A stretch of DNA of 64,000 nt from Desulfobacteraceae bacterium. Its GTDB lineage: Bacteria > Desulfobacterota > Desulfobacteria > Desulfobacterales > JAABSP01. A program made the translations under genes and the position numbers. The stretch lies in contig JAABSP010000008.1 in NCBI GenBank assembly GCA_011390345.1, positions 21,277-85,276 of the forward strand, in the 5' to 3' direction. This document shows, in pieces, positions 1 to 9,908 of the stretch. Under the pieces are notes generated by a model. The model searched no databases. It was not told where the DNA came from and was given only the letters and a program-made list of their open reading frames with translations. Position 1 is the first letter of the stretch, and each line of letters begins with the position of its first letter.

Positions 1-1013
1 TCGGTCTTCCGGTCGATGTAGAACTCTTTTACGACCAGATGGGTCATGGCCATGGCCAGTGCCCCGTCCGTGCCGGCCTTTGCCGGCAGCCAGGTGTCTG
101 CAAATTTGACGTATTCGGCATAGTCGGGCGCGACGGCCGCGACCTTCGCGCCCCGGTACCGGGCCTCGGTGAAGAAGTGCGCGTCCGGGGTGCGGGTCAT
201 GGGCAGGTTGGTTCCCCAGACTATCATATAGGTGGATGCGAACCAGTCCGCGCTCTCGGGAACATCGGTCTGCTCTCCCCATATCTGCGGGGAGGCCGGA
301 GGCAGGTCGCAGTACCAGTCATAGAAGCTGATCATGGAGGCTCCGATCAGGGAGAGGAACCGGGCCCCGGAGATGTAGCAGACCATGGACATGGCCGGAA
401 TCGGGGTGAAGCCGAAGATCCGGTCAGGGCCGTAAGTCTTGATGGTGCGGATGAGGGCGGCCGCGATCAATGTGGCTGCCTCGTTCCACTCCACCCGGAC
501 CAATCCGCCCTTGCCCCGAGCCTTCTGAAACCGGTCTCTTTTCTCCGGGTCCGACGCGATCGCCTCCCATGCGGCCACCGGATCATTTCCCCGGGAGAGT
601 TCTTCCCGCCACATCTCCAGCAGGGCAGAGCGGATTAGCGGGTATTTGAGGCGGACCGGACTGTAGGTGTACCAGGAAAATGTTGCGCCCCGGGGGCAGC
701 CGCGGGGCTCGTGGTTCGGATAGCCGACACCGCAGTCGGGATAGTCGGTCCGCTGCATTTCCCAGACGATGATGCCGTTTTTCACATAGACATCCCAGGA
801 GCAGGAGCCGGTGCAGTTGACGCCGTGGGTGGAGCGGACCTTTTTGTCATACTGCCATCTTCGGCGGTAGAAATCTTCCCATTCCCGCTGGCCGGTCCGG
901 ACCTCGGCCAGGCCTTGGGAGATGGGCTCGGCCGGGGGCCGGATCTTTTCGAGTATTTGGCCGGACAGGGGGCGCAGATAACGGAAATGGGAGAGGAGCT
1001 TTTCCAAAGCCAT
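1..1013 (-). CDS. narG: Respiratory nitrate reductase alpha subunit (NarG-type molybdopterin oxidoreductase), N-terminal ~337 codons; the gene continues beyond the window start
   Basis: Missing from the ORF track because the window edge truncates it. Reverse-strand translation from ATG 1013-1011 (GGAGG 5 nt upstream) reads MALEKLLSHFRYL...WEDFYRRRWQYDKKVRSTHGVNCTGSCSWDVYVKNG...NHEPRGCPRGATFSWY...FYDWYCDLPPASPQIWGEQTDVPESADW...RTPDAHFFTEARYRG. This is collinear with the NarG N-terminus, including the H-x3-C-x3-C FS0 cluster motif. Confidence 0.9.
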   Translation of the reverse strand, partial: MALEKLLSHFRYLRPLSGQILEKIRPPAEPISQGLAEVRTGQREWEDFYRRRWQYDKKVRSTHGVNCTGSCSWDVYVKNGIIVWEMQRTDYPDCGVGYPNHEPRGCPRGATFSWYTYSPVRLKYPLIRSALLEMWREELSRGNDPVAAWEAIASDPEKRDRFQKARGKGGLVRVEWNEAATLIAAALIRTIKTYGPDRIFGFTPIPAMSMVCYISGARFLSLIGASMISFYDWYCDLPPASPQIWGEQTDVPESADWFASTYMIVWGTNLPMTRTPDAHFFTEARYRGAKVAAVAPDYAEYVKFADTWLPAKAGTDGALAMAMTHLVVKEFYIDRKT

Positions 1014-1228
1014 AGAACCTCCGATCGCTGTGGGCATAAAAGGAAAGGGAGGATAAATCCCCCTGATTCTTCTTGATATGATTTAGCAGGTGATACGGAA
1101 TTTGGATATACAGCCAATCCCCCATTTTGGAGGAAATTGGACAGTACGTCAGCTTCTTTTGAGGAGTGTTCGAGGCGCTGCGGTTTCTTCCGAGGATCGG
1201 TTTACATTTTCCGATGTCGCAGAGAAGA

Positions 1229-1609
1229 CTATGCCAGAACGGGAATCTTCAGAATCTTTTCCATCAGACCGAAATGGTTGTCCAGAGTGTAGATTTCACA
1301 ATAGTTCTGCGCTGCATTCTGGACAATGATCAAATCCGGTATGCCGATTCCGTTCAATCCGTTTTTCAGACACCGGTACTGATATGTCATAATCTGATTC
1401 CAATCGATCCGCAATTCCAGCTTCCGGATGTTCTGCAACAGTTCGATGATCTTCCTCTGGCTGCGGATCTTGAGAAAAGGAATCAGCTCCGTTAATATCA
1501 GATCATTGGTTACGATCAGATTTTCATCGATCAGGAAGTCGAGTTTGCCGGAATCGTCGCCGCTTCTGAAATAATCGATCCATACGGAGGTATCGACGAG
1601 TACATGCAT
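1229..1609 (-). CDS. vapC: PIN-domain toxin, VapC family
   Basis: Small ORF reading MHVLVDTSVWIDYFRSG..., a PIN-type N-terminus. The ATG at 1609 overlaps the upstream antitoxin stop (TGATG); the track extends it one codon to a TTG at 1612. Confidence 0.8.
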   Translation of the reverse strand: MHVLVDTSVWIDYFRSGDDSGKLDFLIDENLIVTNDLILTELIPFLKIRSQRKIIELLQNIRKLELRIDWNQIMTYQYRCLKNGLNGIGIPDLIIVQNAAQNYCEIYTLDNHFGLMEKILKIPVLA

Positions 1610-1800
1610 CAACGGCCTCTGATTTCGTTCAAATCGATCTTCAAATCGACTTTCCCTTTAAAGTCCTTCAGCTTTGAAATTTTTCTCTTCCGGATCAACT
1701 CTTCAAGGGCTGTGATGATGACCTGGGTTTTGGTGTTGATGCGGGTTGCCTTCATGGCATCATTCAATAATTCTTCCGGTAAATCAAGGGTGGTTCTCAT
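1609..1800 (-). CDS. vapB: Type II antitoxin, VapB (DUF2191-like)
   Basis: 63-aa ORF reading MRTTLDLPEELLNDAMKATRINTKTQVIITALEELIRKRKI.... It lies immediately upstream of the PIN gene and overlaps it. Confidence 0.7.
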   Translation of the reverse strand: MRTTLDLPEELLNDAMKATRINTKTQVIITALEELIRKRKISKLKDFKGKVDLKIDLNEIRGR

Positions 1801-1925
1801 CCATTGCCTCCTTTTTAGATGCTTAAAATAATGATATTATATGCATCATATGTCAAGCCGAAGGAACAAAAATGCCGCCCGGAAAAACGATCTCCGGACG
1901 GCATCAAAAAAAGGTCGGAAAGGGC

Positions 1926-4900
1926 TTACGCCGATTTCCGGTTGAGATCGGAGAGGATGATTTCGGAGACCTTCTCAGCGGACTGGCCGAAGAGTTCGTC
2001 TACGGGAACCATCTCCAGATATTGATCCTCCCAGGGAATGCTCGATTCGAGTACCAGATCCTTGATGTGCTGGTATTTACCGCCCAGTGCCTTGATCCTG
2101 GTGGAGAGGGGAACCTCCTCCTTGAACTCGATGTGGAGCAGCATCAGATGCTCGATGGTGTTGGGAGTCTCCGACGCCTCAGAGAGGATCGGGATATAGA
2201 CGATGCTGCGCTGATCCTTTCGGCCTTTGCCGATGTAGACATTTTCCTGCCGGACGATGATCAGCTTCGTTCCCTGAAGCTTGTGATCCTTCTCCACCCG
2301 GGAGGCCATGCCGGCTGAAGATCCCTCTTTTGTAAGCACCTCCACTGCGGTCTTTTCCGTCGGTTCTCCCAGAAGATCGAGGCCCCTCACCTGATAGAGG
2401 GTGAGCCCCTTGACCGTCTCGATGATCCCCTGGAGGTTTTTGACGACGATCAGATTGCTCGGAGTGAGCTGAGAGATGGAAAATCCCTTCTCCTCCAGCA
2501 GATTGAAGAGAACGCCCTCGAACTTCTCGCTGATCCGGCTCGTGCCTACGGTGACGGTCTTGGCCTGGTGCTTGATCGCATCCACGGGCCGGGCCATCGC
2601 GTTGACCCCTGTGCTGAGGCAGGCAAAGAGGGTGTTGATCATGTTCTGTGCGGTCCCCTTCATCCCGAAATCGAGTTCGAAATCGGTCACCGGAAGTCTT
2701 CCCGCGAGATATTTGAGCAGCAGGGTCAGGTCCGAGAAGATATCGAGCGCATCCGGGAGCTGGTGATCTGTCCTCTTCTTTCGGAAGACGGCATAAAATC
2801 GGGCCATCTTCTCCCGGAAGGGCTTCTCCAGTACCACTTCATAGATCCCCATTCCCGATTCCTCATAGCTTTGCAGATCGGACCGGATCTCCTGGCGGAA
2901 TTCATAGAGAAACCGCGATCCGTCGTTGATGGCAAGCGCGGAGTAGTAGCCCCAGATATGGCCCGCCAGGGTGTTGACGATCGGCGCAAGGTGCTCGGGG
3001 ATTGCCGGTACATGGAAGACGGCCGCGGCATGGGAGTCGAAGCGATCCTCGCCCTCATCCGCGATCACGATGGGGACGGCCTTGTGCGCCTTGAAGATGG
3101 CCGTGTCCTTGACGATGTCTCCGATCACCGTGGGACGGGTTCCGGCCGCGCAGACGATGATCAGCGGTTCCGAGGAGAGGTCGATGTGCTTCTTGTCCTC
3201 CACATAGTCCGAAGAGATAGTCTTGTAGCAGAGTTCGCTCAACTTGATCCGGATCTCATCGGCCGAGGCCTTGTTGGGACCGCTGCCGACCGCGGCCCAG
3301 TAGGTGCGGGTGATGGCGTGCTGCTTTGCCGCTTTCTCGATCTGCGGAGCCAGGGTCAGTACTTTGCGCATCTGTGCGGGAAGTGCCAGGAGCTGCTTGA
3401 CCTCGCGTGCCACAGCTTCATCGTTTCTGGTTCCCTTCAGGCTCGTGAGAAATAGCCCAAGCAGGGCCCCGGCCACGATCTGGGAGTAGAAGGCCTTGGT
3501 GGAGGCTACCGACATCTCGATGTCCCGGCCGCTGCTGGTGTAGAGAACTCCGTCAGCTTTGAAGGTCAAATCCGAATCCCGGCGGTTGACGATGCCGATG
3601 GTCTTCGCGCCCCGCTCTTTGGCCATATCAACGGCCCGGTTGGTGTCGGTGGTGGTTCCGGACTGGCTGATGGCCACCACCAGAGCATCCTCCATGGAAC
3701 ACATGTCCCTGTCGGCCCCCAGCTTGAAGCCGCTCAGCTCCGACGCCTTCATGGCCGAGATGACCAGAGACGGATCGTTCAAGTAATGGGTGAAGATGTC
3801 CGCACAGGCCTGGGATGCGACTCCCGCGGTCCCCTGTCCCACAAAGAAGATCCGCCGGATTTTTCCAGACGAAATGGCCTCTTTGAGATGGGCTGACACC
3901 ACACTCTCGTTCAGACTGACAACGTACCGATGGGTTCCGTCTTCAGCTTTGGCCACCTTCCATCGGTTCAAAAGCGTCTTCTCCACCGAGTCCGGGGCTT
4001 CGGAGATCTCCTTTAGAAAGTAGTGCTCGAACTCCTGGCGGTCGATATCCCGGGAGGTTAGTTCTGTGGCGCGGATGTTCTCTTCGGTCAATTCCAGGGG
4101 CGTGCCGTCGTAATACATGGCCGTGATGCCTGCAAGTCCGCCTTCGGAATTCTGGTCCAGGATGAAAAGCTGACCCTGGGTCTTCCCGCTTTTGCCCTGA
4201 ACCACCTTCTCTCCGTCCAGCTTTAAGAAGCGGTTCGTCTCCTCGATGAAGCCGTAGACTTCGGATGCGGGGAGATAATGGTCATCGGCAAGGCCGATGA
4301 AAAGGGCCTGACCGCTGCCCCGCTGGGCCAGAAAGAGTCTGCCCGGGGCCAGGTCGGTCTGCATCGCGATGGCATGGGAGCCGTCGAAATCGTTCAAGGC
4401 CATCCGGAATGCCTCTTCCACTGCAAAGCCCTGGCGCAGGTAGGTCTCCACCTGCAGGGGGATGATCTTGGTGTCGGTGGTAATCTCTTCGTGGATTCGA
4501 TCCCCATCCCGCTCGAACTCCCGCTTCAGATCCCCATAGTTGTCGATATCTCCGTTCAGGCAGACATGGATGATCGCATCCTCGCTTCGGGCCGTTTCCG
4601 CATTCGGGCCCCGGATCACCCGGCTGTCCACCGGGTGGCAGTTGGGCTCGCTGATGGCCCCAACCGATGCCCAGCGGGTGTGGGAGAGAACCGTATAATT
4701 GCGGTAGGGGAGACCGGCGATTGTGTGCAGCAGGTCATCGCTTCGGATCTGCTCCCGGAGAAACGCGATGTTGTCGCCCAGACTGCCCACCTCGGCCGAG
4801 ACCTTGTAGGTGAGGCTGATCACGATCCGGTTTTTTCCTTCAATGGTGATCTCATGCAGAGAGATCCCACGGTTGAGGAGCATCGGATTGCCGAGCCGGG

Positions 4901-5570
4901 CATCGAATGCCTCCTGGGCCATGTTCGCTTTGACCGAGGCTTTAAACCCCTCGAGATCCGATTCCTCGAGAACGAAGAGCAGCGAGATCCCGGCCGAATC
5001 CCTGCCCCGGACCTCCAGCCGGTCGATGCTGTTGAAGACCGCGTTGATCTTCTGGAAGACCCGGAGGCTTTCCAGGGTCACATCCTTCTCCCCCTCCTCC
5101 GGAAGATCCATCAGATCCCGCACCCGTCGGATGTTCTCCGAGATCTCCCTGTCCAGACACCAGGCAATGTCCTTGACCGTGTCGATGGCCCGGGTCATGC
5201 TCTCCACCTGGGAGGGTTCAAGATGTCCCACATGGTCCGCAAAGAGCTTCTCTTCGTTTTTCAGAAAATCAAAAAGCCCATCGCGCATTTCCCGGATCTT
5301 CCCATGAATCTCCGGATGGTTAAATATGGTGTAAAAGGGAACTTCCTTCCTTAAATTCCGTGCCATCTCCCAGAGGGAGGAGACGGTCTTCTCGCCCCCG
5401 AGATAGCCGTCATGGGCATTGCCATCCTTTCGGTCCGAGCGGGTGTAGCCGGTCGTGAGGATTTTTCGGGCCAGATCGTTCATTCGAGAGAGATCGGCCC
5501 GAAAGGCATCTTCGGAAAGGAAATTGCTTTTATGGATATTGACGGGAGTGATCCCTGTCAGTCCGCACAT
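1926..5570 (-). CDS. Giant GlmS-like protein: class-II (Ntn) glutamine amidotransferase + 2 SIS domains + extra C-terminal region; function unassigned
   Basis: 1214-aa ORF starting MCG (Cys2 is the Ntn nucleophile). RLEVRGRDSAGISL and SHTRWASVGAISEPNCHPV match GlmS GATase blocks. SIS blocks are FFVGQGTAGVASQ...AISQSGTTTDT and AAVGSGPNKASADEIRIKLSE. An internal RPVDAIKHQAKTVTVG resembles the GlmS C-terminal tail. The protein is about twice the canonical GlmS length. Confidence 0.75.
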   Translation of the reverse strand: MCGLTGITPVNIHKSNFLSEDAFRADLSRMNDLARKILTTGYTRSDRKDGNAHDGYLGGEKTVSSLWEMARNLRKEVPFYTIFNHPEIHGKIREMRDGLFDFLKNEEKLFADHVGHLEPSQVESMTRAIDTVKDIAWCLDREISENIRRVRDLMDLPEEGEKDVTLESLRVFQKINAVFNSIDRLEVRGRDSAGISLLFVLEESDLEGFKASVKANMAQEAFDARLGNPMLLNRGISLHEITIEGKNRIVISLTYKVSAEVGSLGDNIAFLREQIRSDDLLHTIAGLPYRNYTVLSHTRWASVGAISEPNCHPVDSRVIRGPNAETARSEDAIIHVCLNGDIDNYGDLKREFERDGDRIHEEITTDTKIIPLQVETYLRQGFAVEEAFRMALNDFDGSHAIAMQTDLAPGRLFLAQRGSGQALFIGLADDHYLPASEVYGFIEETNRFLKLDGEKVVQGKSGKTQGQLFILDQNSEGGLAGITAMYYDGTPLELTEENIRATELTSRDIDRQEFEHYFLKEISEAPDSVEKTLLNRWKVAKAEDGTHRYVVSLNESVVSAHLKEAISSGKIRRIFFVGQGTAGVASQACADIFTHYLNDPSLVISAMKASELSGFKLGADRDMCSMEDALVVAISQSGTTTDTNRAVDMAKERGAKTIGIVNRRDSDLTFKADGVLYTSSGRDIEMSVASTKAFYSQIVAGALLGLFLTSLKGTRNDEAVAREVKQLLALPAQMRKVLTLAPQIEKAAKQHAITRTYWAAVGSGPNKASADEIRIKLSELCYKTISSDYVEDKKHIDLSSEPLIIVCAAGTRPTVIGDIVKDTAIFKAHKAVPIVIADEGEDRFDSHAAAVFHVPAIPEHLAPIVNTLAGHIWGYYSALAINDGSRFLYEFRQEIRSDLQSYEESGMGIYEVVLEKPFREKMARFYAVFRKKRTDHQLPDALDIFSDLTLLLKYLAGRLPVTDFELDFGMKGTAQNMINTLFACLSTGVNAMARPVDAIKHQAKTVTVGTSRISEKFEGVLFNLLEEKGFSISQLTPSNLIVVKNLQGIIETVKGLTLYQVRGLDLLGEPTEKTAVEVLTKEGSSAGMASRVEKDHKLQGTKLIIVRQENVYIGKGRKDQRSIVYIPILSEASETPNTIEHLMLLHIEFKEEVPLSTRIKALGGKYQHIKDLVLESSIPWEDQYLEMVPVDELFGQSAEKVSEIILSDLNRKSA

Positions 5571-5615
5571 TATGGATTCCTCCTTTTCATGAAATGAGGA
5601 TGGATTGAAATCTTT

Positions 5616-7055
5616 TCAAGATTGCGGCACAGGGGCGGCGACCGGCGCCTTTTCTCCGATCCCGTGAGATGCTGCCTGGTTCTCGGCTGCGGCTTTTGCG
5701 CGGAAATACAGGCGGAAATGGGTCTCAAAGGCTTTCCTGGCATAGTATCTCGATTTCAGGCCGATATATTTTTCATGGGCCACAACAACAGAGATGACCA
5801 GCTTTTCCGCCCCATCCTTCTCCTCCGCAAATCCCACAAACCAGTCATACCGCCGGTAGGGTCCGCCCCTCCCGTTGATGCTGCCGGTCTTGCCGCCGAT
5901 GCGGAGTCTGGAGAGAACCGGATCATTATTCATGCCCCGGAAGGATTTCCGACAGGTTCCGGTTTTCACAGTCTCCTCCATCAGGTTGAAGAGAAGATCA
6001 GACGCGTCCGGGGTAATGGCCTGATTGAGGAAGGTGGGCAGGCGCTTGTAGATGGAATTTCCCCGATCGTCTTTCACCTGCTCGATAAAGGCCGGCTCGA
6101 CCAGGCGGCCCCGGTTCAGGATCGCCGCGACCATGAGAGCCCCGTGGAGGGGAGAGATGGTGGTCTGCCGGTTGAATCCGCTGGCGATTTCGGCCCAGTG
6201 GTAGGGCTCGTCCGAGATCGCGATGTTGCTGGGTTCGATGGGGATTTCGAATTCGATGCTCCGGTTGAAGCCGAAGGCCTCGGCATAGGTCTCCAGCGCA
6301 CTCTTCCCCACAAAATGGATCCCCAGCTTTCCAAAGACCGGGTTGACGGACTGGGCAAATGAGTCCTTCAGGCTGAGCCGGTGAGACCATTTCCGGGCTC
6401 CCTTTTTCAACTGGCTCTTGTAAAGGGTGTATTTCCGGCCCGTGTACGCGATCTGTGATGCCGGGTTCATCCCGCACTTTTCGATCGCGGCCGCGGCCGT
6501 GACGATCTTGAAGATGCTTGCTGCCGGAAACCGGCTGTCGAGACACGCGTTGTTGTCCGGGTCATCCCGGTCGAAACTGACCAGGGCCCGGATGCTTCCG
6601 GTTGCAGGGTCCAATGCCACGATGCCGATATAGCGGGCATGGGCCGGGTCGATCAGGTCGAGAAGATACTGCTGGAGTTCCATATCCAGCGTCGTCTTTA
6701 CGGTGAAGCGGTCATTTCCGGCCGTCACCGTGAAATGGTCTGCGGTCGGATTCAAGACCCGCTGCGGGTCGATCAAATCCCGGATCGCGGCCTTGGGCAG
6801 AAGGGGCGGAGGCTCATTTTTCCGGCGGATTTCCCCGGAATCTTCAAAGACCTCGATATCCGGATGATATATGGCCTGGCTGAGCCGGCCCGGGATCAGG
6901 TAGAGAAGCGGGATCAGGATGATCGCCAGCAACGCGGAGCAGCGGACCCTTCGTTTCTTCCGGGTTCGGGCCCTCTCCTGCTTCAGTTGCGCTTGGTAAT
7001 CTCTCCAACTCGGACTTCCCATCGGTCTGCGGCGGGTGATGAGTCTTTTTCTCAT
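5616..7055 (-). CDS. Penicillin-binding protein, transpeptidase domain (class B-like)
   Basis: N-terminal basic segment plus a TM helix. The three PBP motifs are present: SxxK (ASIFK), SxN (SVN) and KTG (GKTGS). The start codon is uncertain. Confidence 0.8.
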   Translation of the reverse strand: MRKRLITRRRPMGSPSWRDYQAQLKQERARTRKKRRVRCSALLAIILIPLLYLIPGRLSQAIYHPDIEVFEDSGEIRRKNEPPPLLPKAAIRDLIDPQRVLNPTADHFTVTAGNDRFTVKTTLDMELQQYLLDLIDPAHARYIGIVALDPATGSIRALVSFDRDDPDNNACLDSRFPAASIFKIVTAAAAIEKCGMNPASQIAYTGRKYTLYKSQLKKGARKWSHRLSLKDSFAQSVNPVFGKLGIHFVGKSALETYAEAFGFNRSIEFEIPIEPSNIAISDEPYHWAEIASGFNRQTTISPLHGALMVAAILNRGRLVEPAFIEQVKDDRGNSIYKRLPTFLNQAITPDASDLLFNLMEETVKTGTCRKSFRGMNNDPVLSRLRIGGKTGSINGRGGPYRRYDWFVGFAEEKDGAEKLVISVVVAHEKYIGLKSRYYARKAFETHFRLYFRAKAAAENQAASHGIGEKAPVAAPVPQS

Positions 7056-7103
7056 AAGCGCGATCCGGGTCCTCCGGTCTATTTTTAAATCTTTCGGTTT
7101 ATG

Positions 7104-9020
7104 TCATCTCAGGGCCGTACCGGAATTTGCACGTCTGTCCAAGATTACAACAGAAGTCCCCTTCTCGTCAACTGCTGCAAGCAACATTCCCTGGGAGAGC
7201 ACCCCCATCAGCTTGGCCGGCTTCAGATTGGCCACCACCACGACCTGCTTTCCCACCAGCTCGTCGGGGGCATATTTTTCGGCAATCCCGGCCACGATGG
7301 TGCGGGTCTCCGAGCCGAGATCCACCGTAAGCTTCAGCAGTTTCCTGGCCTTGGGAACGGCCTCGGCCCCGATCACCGTCGCGACTCTCAGGTCGATCTT
7401 TTCCAGGTCATCCAGGGTGATCTGGGCTTTGAAGGGCTTGGTCTTCGGGTTTTCATCCGCCTGCTCTTCGGCCTGTTCCGGCTTTGTTTCGATCCTCGGG
7501 AAAAGCGCTATGACCTTGGGAATTTGAGTTCCCTCGGGAATCACTTCCCAGGCTTTGAGCCGGTCCAGCAGGTAAAAACCGTCATCTTCAAGCCCCAGAT
7601 GGCGCTGCATCTCCTCGGCAGTTTGCGGCATGGCCGGATAGATCAGACCCGAGATCACCCGCAGCCCTGCAAGGAACTGGGCCATTACCGACGCCAACTG
7701 AGGCTGTTGATCCTTCTTCTTCGCCAGCTCCCAGGGCGCGGCCAGGTCGATCGCCTTGTTCATGAAGCTGATCAGCTCCCATACCGCAGCCAGGGCCCGC
7801 TGAAAGGCAAACTTTTCCATCTCGGCTTCAAAGGCTTCGATGGCCTTTCCCGCTTCGGCCCGGATCCCCAGATCCATCGAAGGCTCTGCCGCGCCCCCCG
7901 GCGCCTTTCCCTTGAAATATTTCTGCGTCATCGCGATGACCCGGGAGAAGAGGTTGCCCAGATCGTTTGCCAGATCCGCATTGATCCGCTGGATCAGTCC
8001 ATCCTCGCTGAAGCCGGCATCCAGGCCGAAGGACATCTCCCGCATGAGAAAATAGCGGAACGCATCCAGGCCGTAGACGTTTTTCAGGTTCAACGGGTCC
8101 GCCACATTGCCGAGGCTCTTGGACATCTTGCTGTCGGAGACGTTCCAGTAGCCGTGGACATTGAGGTGCTGATAGACCGGAATCCCCGCGGCCTTGAGCA
8201 TGGTGGGCCAGTAGATCCCGTGCGGTTTTAAAATATCTTTTGCGATGATGTGCTGGGCATGGGGCCAGAAGGTGGTGTAATCCTCACCGTCCGGATAGTT
8301 CAGCGCAGAGACGTAGTTGAGCAGCGCGTCGAACCAGACATAGGTGACATAATTGTCGTCAAAGGGGAGGCTGATCCCCCACTGAAGCCGGGATTTGGGC
8401 CGGGAGATGCAGAGATCCTCCAAGGGTTCCCGGAGAAAGCCGAGCACTTCGTTTTTGTACCGCTCGGGCCGGATGAAATCCGGGTTTTTGCCGATATGGT
8501 CGATGAGCCAATCCTGATACCGGCCCATCCTGAAGAAGTAATTGGACTCTTTGATCTTTTCCGGGGCAACCTCGTGATCCGGACACTTTTCGTCCACCAG
8601 CTCCCGCTCGGTGTAGAAGCGCTCGCACCCGAAGCAGTAGAGCCCCTCGTATTCGCTGAAGTAGATGTCTCCGGCATCATAGATCTTCTGCAGGATCTCC
8701 TGCACCACTTTCATGTGCGCCATGTCCGTGGTGCGGATGAACCGGTCGTATTGGATGTTGAGTTCGGGCCAGAGGGCCTTGAACTGGCCGCTGATCTCAT
8801 CCACATACTCCCGGGGAGTCTTCTTCTCCTTCTGTGCGGCCCGGACGATTTTGTCTCCGTGTTCGTCGGTTCCGGTCAGAAAGAAGGTCTTGGCCCCTTT
8901 CATCTGGTGGAAGCGCCGGATCACATCGGCCGTGATGGTGGTGTAGGCATGACCCAGGTGGGGGCGCGCATTGACATAATAGATGGGCGTTGTGATATAA
9001 AATGGTGAAGGTTGAGCCAT
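7104..9020 (-). CDS. metG: Methionine--tRNA ligase with C-terminal tRNA-binding (Trbp111-like) domain
   Basis: YYVNARPHLGHAYT (HIGH) and KMSKSLGN (KMSKS) are present, and the ORF is collinear with MetRS over its full length. Confidence 0.97.
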   Translation of the reverse strand: MAQPSPFYITTPIYYVNARPHLGHAYTTITADVIRRFHQMKGAKTFFLTGTDEHGDKIVRAAQKEKKTPREYVDEISGQFKALWPELNIQYDRFIRTTDMAHMKVVQEILQKIYDAGDIYFSEYEGLYCFGCERFYTERELVDEKCPDHEVAPEKIKESNYFFRMGRYQDWLIDHIGKNPDFIRPERYKNEVLGFLREPLEDLCISRPKSRLQWGISLPFDDNYVTYVWFDALLNYVSALNYPDGEDYTTFWPHAQHIIAKDILKPHGIYWPTMLKAAGIPVYQHLNVHGYWNVSDSKMSKSLGNVADPLNLKNVYGLDAFRYFLMREMSFGLDAGFSEDGLIQRINADLANDLGNLFSRVIAMTQKYFKGKAPGGAAEPSMDLGIRAEAGKAIEAFEAEMEKFAFQRALAAVWELISFMNKAIDLAAPWELAKKKDQQPQLASVMAQFLAGLRVISGLIYPAMPQTAEEMQRHLGLEDDGFYLLDRLKAWEVIPEGTQIPKVIALFPRIETKPEQAEEQADENPKTKPFKAQITLDDLEKIDLRVATVIGAEAVPKARKLLKLTVDLGSETRTIVAGIAEKYAPDELVGKQVVVVANLKPAKLMGVLSQGMLLAAVDEKGTSVVILDRRANSGTALR

Positions 9021-9061
9021 ATTCTTATCCTATCATGATTTCGGCCTTTTGGCGGCCTTTT

Positions 9062-9898
9062 TTATTCTGCTTTTCGGTTCGATTTCTGCCCGGGGTCGAG
9101 TTCGTCGATGCTGATCTCCATCTCCTGCCCCCCATCCAGACGAACCGCAACCCGTCTGGCGATCACGTTGTGCCGGATGACTTTGGCCTTTCCTGACGGG
9201 GTTTCGATGCTCTTCCCGATCTTGGGCCACCGGTCCTTCATCCGCTCGGTCTTGAGCTGGCGGTAGATCTCATTTTCAAAGGTGAGGCAGCACATGAGTC
9301 GGCCGCACTGGCCCGAGATCTTTGTGGGGTTGAGGGAGAGCCCTTGCTCCTTGGCCATCCGGATGGAGACCGGCTCGAACTTCTCGATAAAGGTGGCGCA
9401 GCAGAGCACCCGGCCGCACCGGCCCAGCCCCCCGCACATCTTGGCCTGGTTCCGGATGCCCACCTGGCGCATCTCGATTCGGATGCGGTACTCCTTCACC
9501 AGAATCTTGACCAGCTCCCGGAAATCGACGCGACCCTCGGCCGTAAAGAAGAAGGTGAGCTTGTTGCCGTCAAAGGTACTCTCTACAGCAAAGAGATTCA
9601 TCTTCAGCTCCAGCTCCAGGATCGTCTTCTGGCAGTAGGCGTGGGCCGCAATCTCGGTCTCCCGGTTCCGGTCCCGCTGCTCGAAATCCTTGGGAGTGGC
9701 CATCCGGAAGACTTTTTTCAAGGGCTTGCCCGATCCCTCCTCCTCCCGGATCCAGGGCTGAACCGCGACCCAGCCCAGACCCAGCCCCTGTTCGGTCTCA
9801 ACGATGACCGGGTCATTCTGCTGTAGAACAAATGCGCCCACTTCGAAGTCATAGACCTTACCCGCGGGCTTGAAACGAATTCCAACGACTTTTTTCAT
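9062..9898 (-). CDS. PSP1 domain protein (RicT/YaaT-like)
   Basis: Probable start is the ATG at 9898 (MKKVVGIRFKPAGKVYDF...); the track ORF extends 34 codons further upstream. Cys-rich PSP1 C-terminal blocks CGGLGRCGRVLCC and CGRLMCCLTFE are present. Confidence 0.85.
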   Translation of the reverse strand: MKKVVGIRFKPAGKVYDFEVGAFVLQQNDPVIVETEQGLGLGWVAVQPWIREEEGSGKPLKKVFRMATPKDFEQRDRNRETEIAAHAYCQKTILELELKMNLFAVESTFDGNKLTFFFTAEGRVDFRELVKILVKEYRIRIEMRQVGIRNQAKMCGGLGRCGRVLCCATFIEKFEPVSIRMAKEQGLSLNPTKISGQCGRLMCCLTFENEIYRQLKTERMKDRWPKIGKSIETPSGKAKVIRHNVIARRVAVRLDGGQEMEISIDELDPGQKSNRKAE

Positions 9899-9908
9899 CC
9901 TGTTTTTT

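Noticed and set aside
39-638. The 199-aa plus-strand ORF, and similar long ORFs antisense or out of frame to strong genes: 4278..5354, 7101..8231, 12084..13520, 22446..23933, 24354..25136, 25434..26558, 33312..34322, 37504..38490, 48564..49787, 51405..52421 and 58821..59933.
   Set aside because: They are typical high-GC shadow ORFs, rich in Arg/Gly/Pro/Ala with no motifs. Each fully overlaps a gene that has unmistakable family signatures on the other strand or in another frame.
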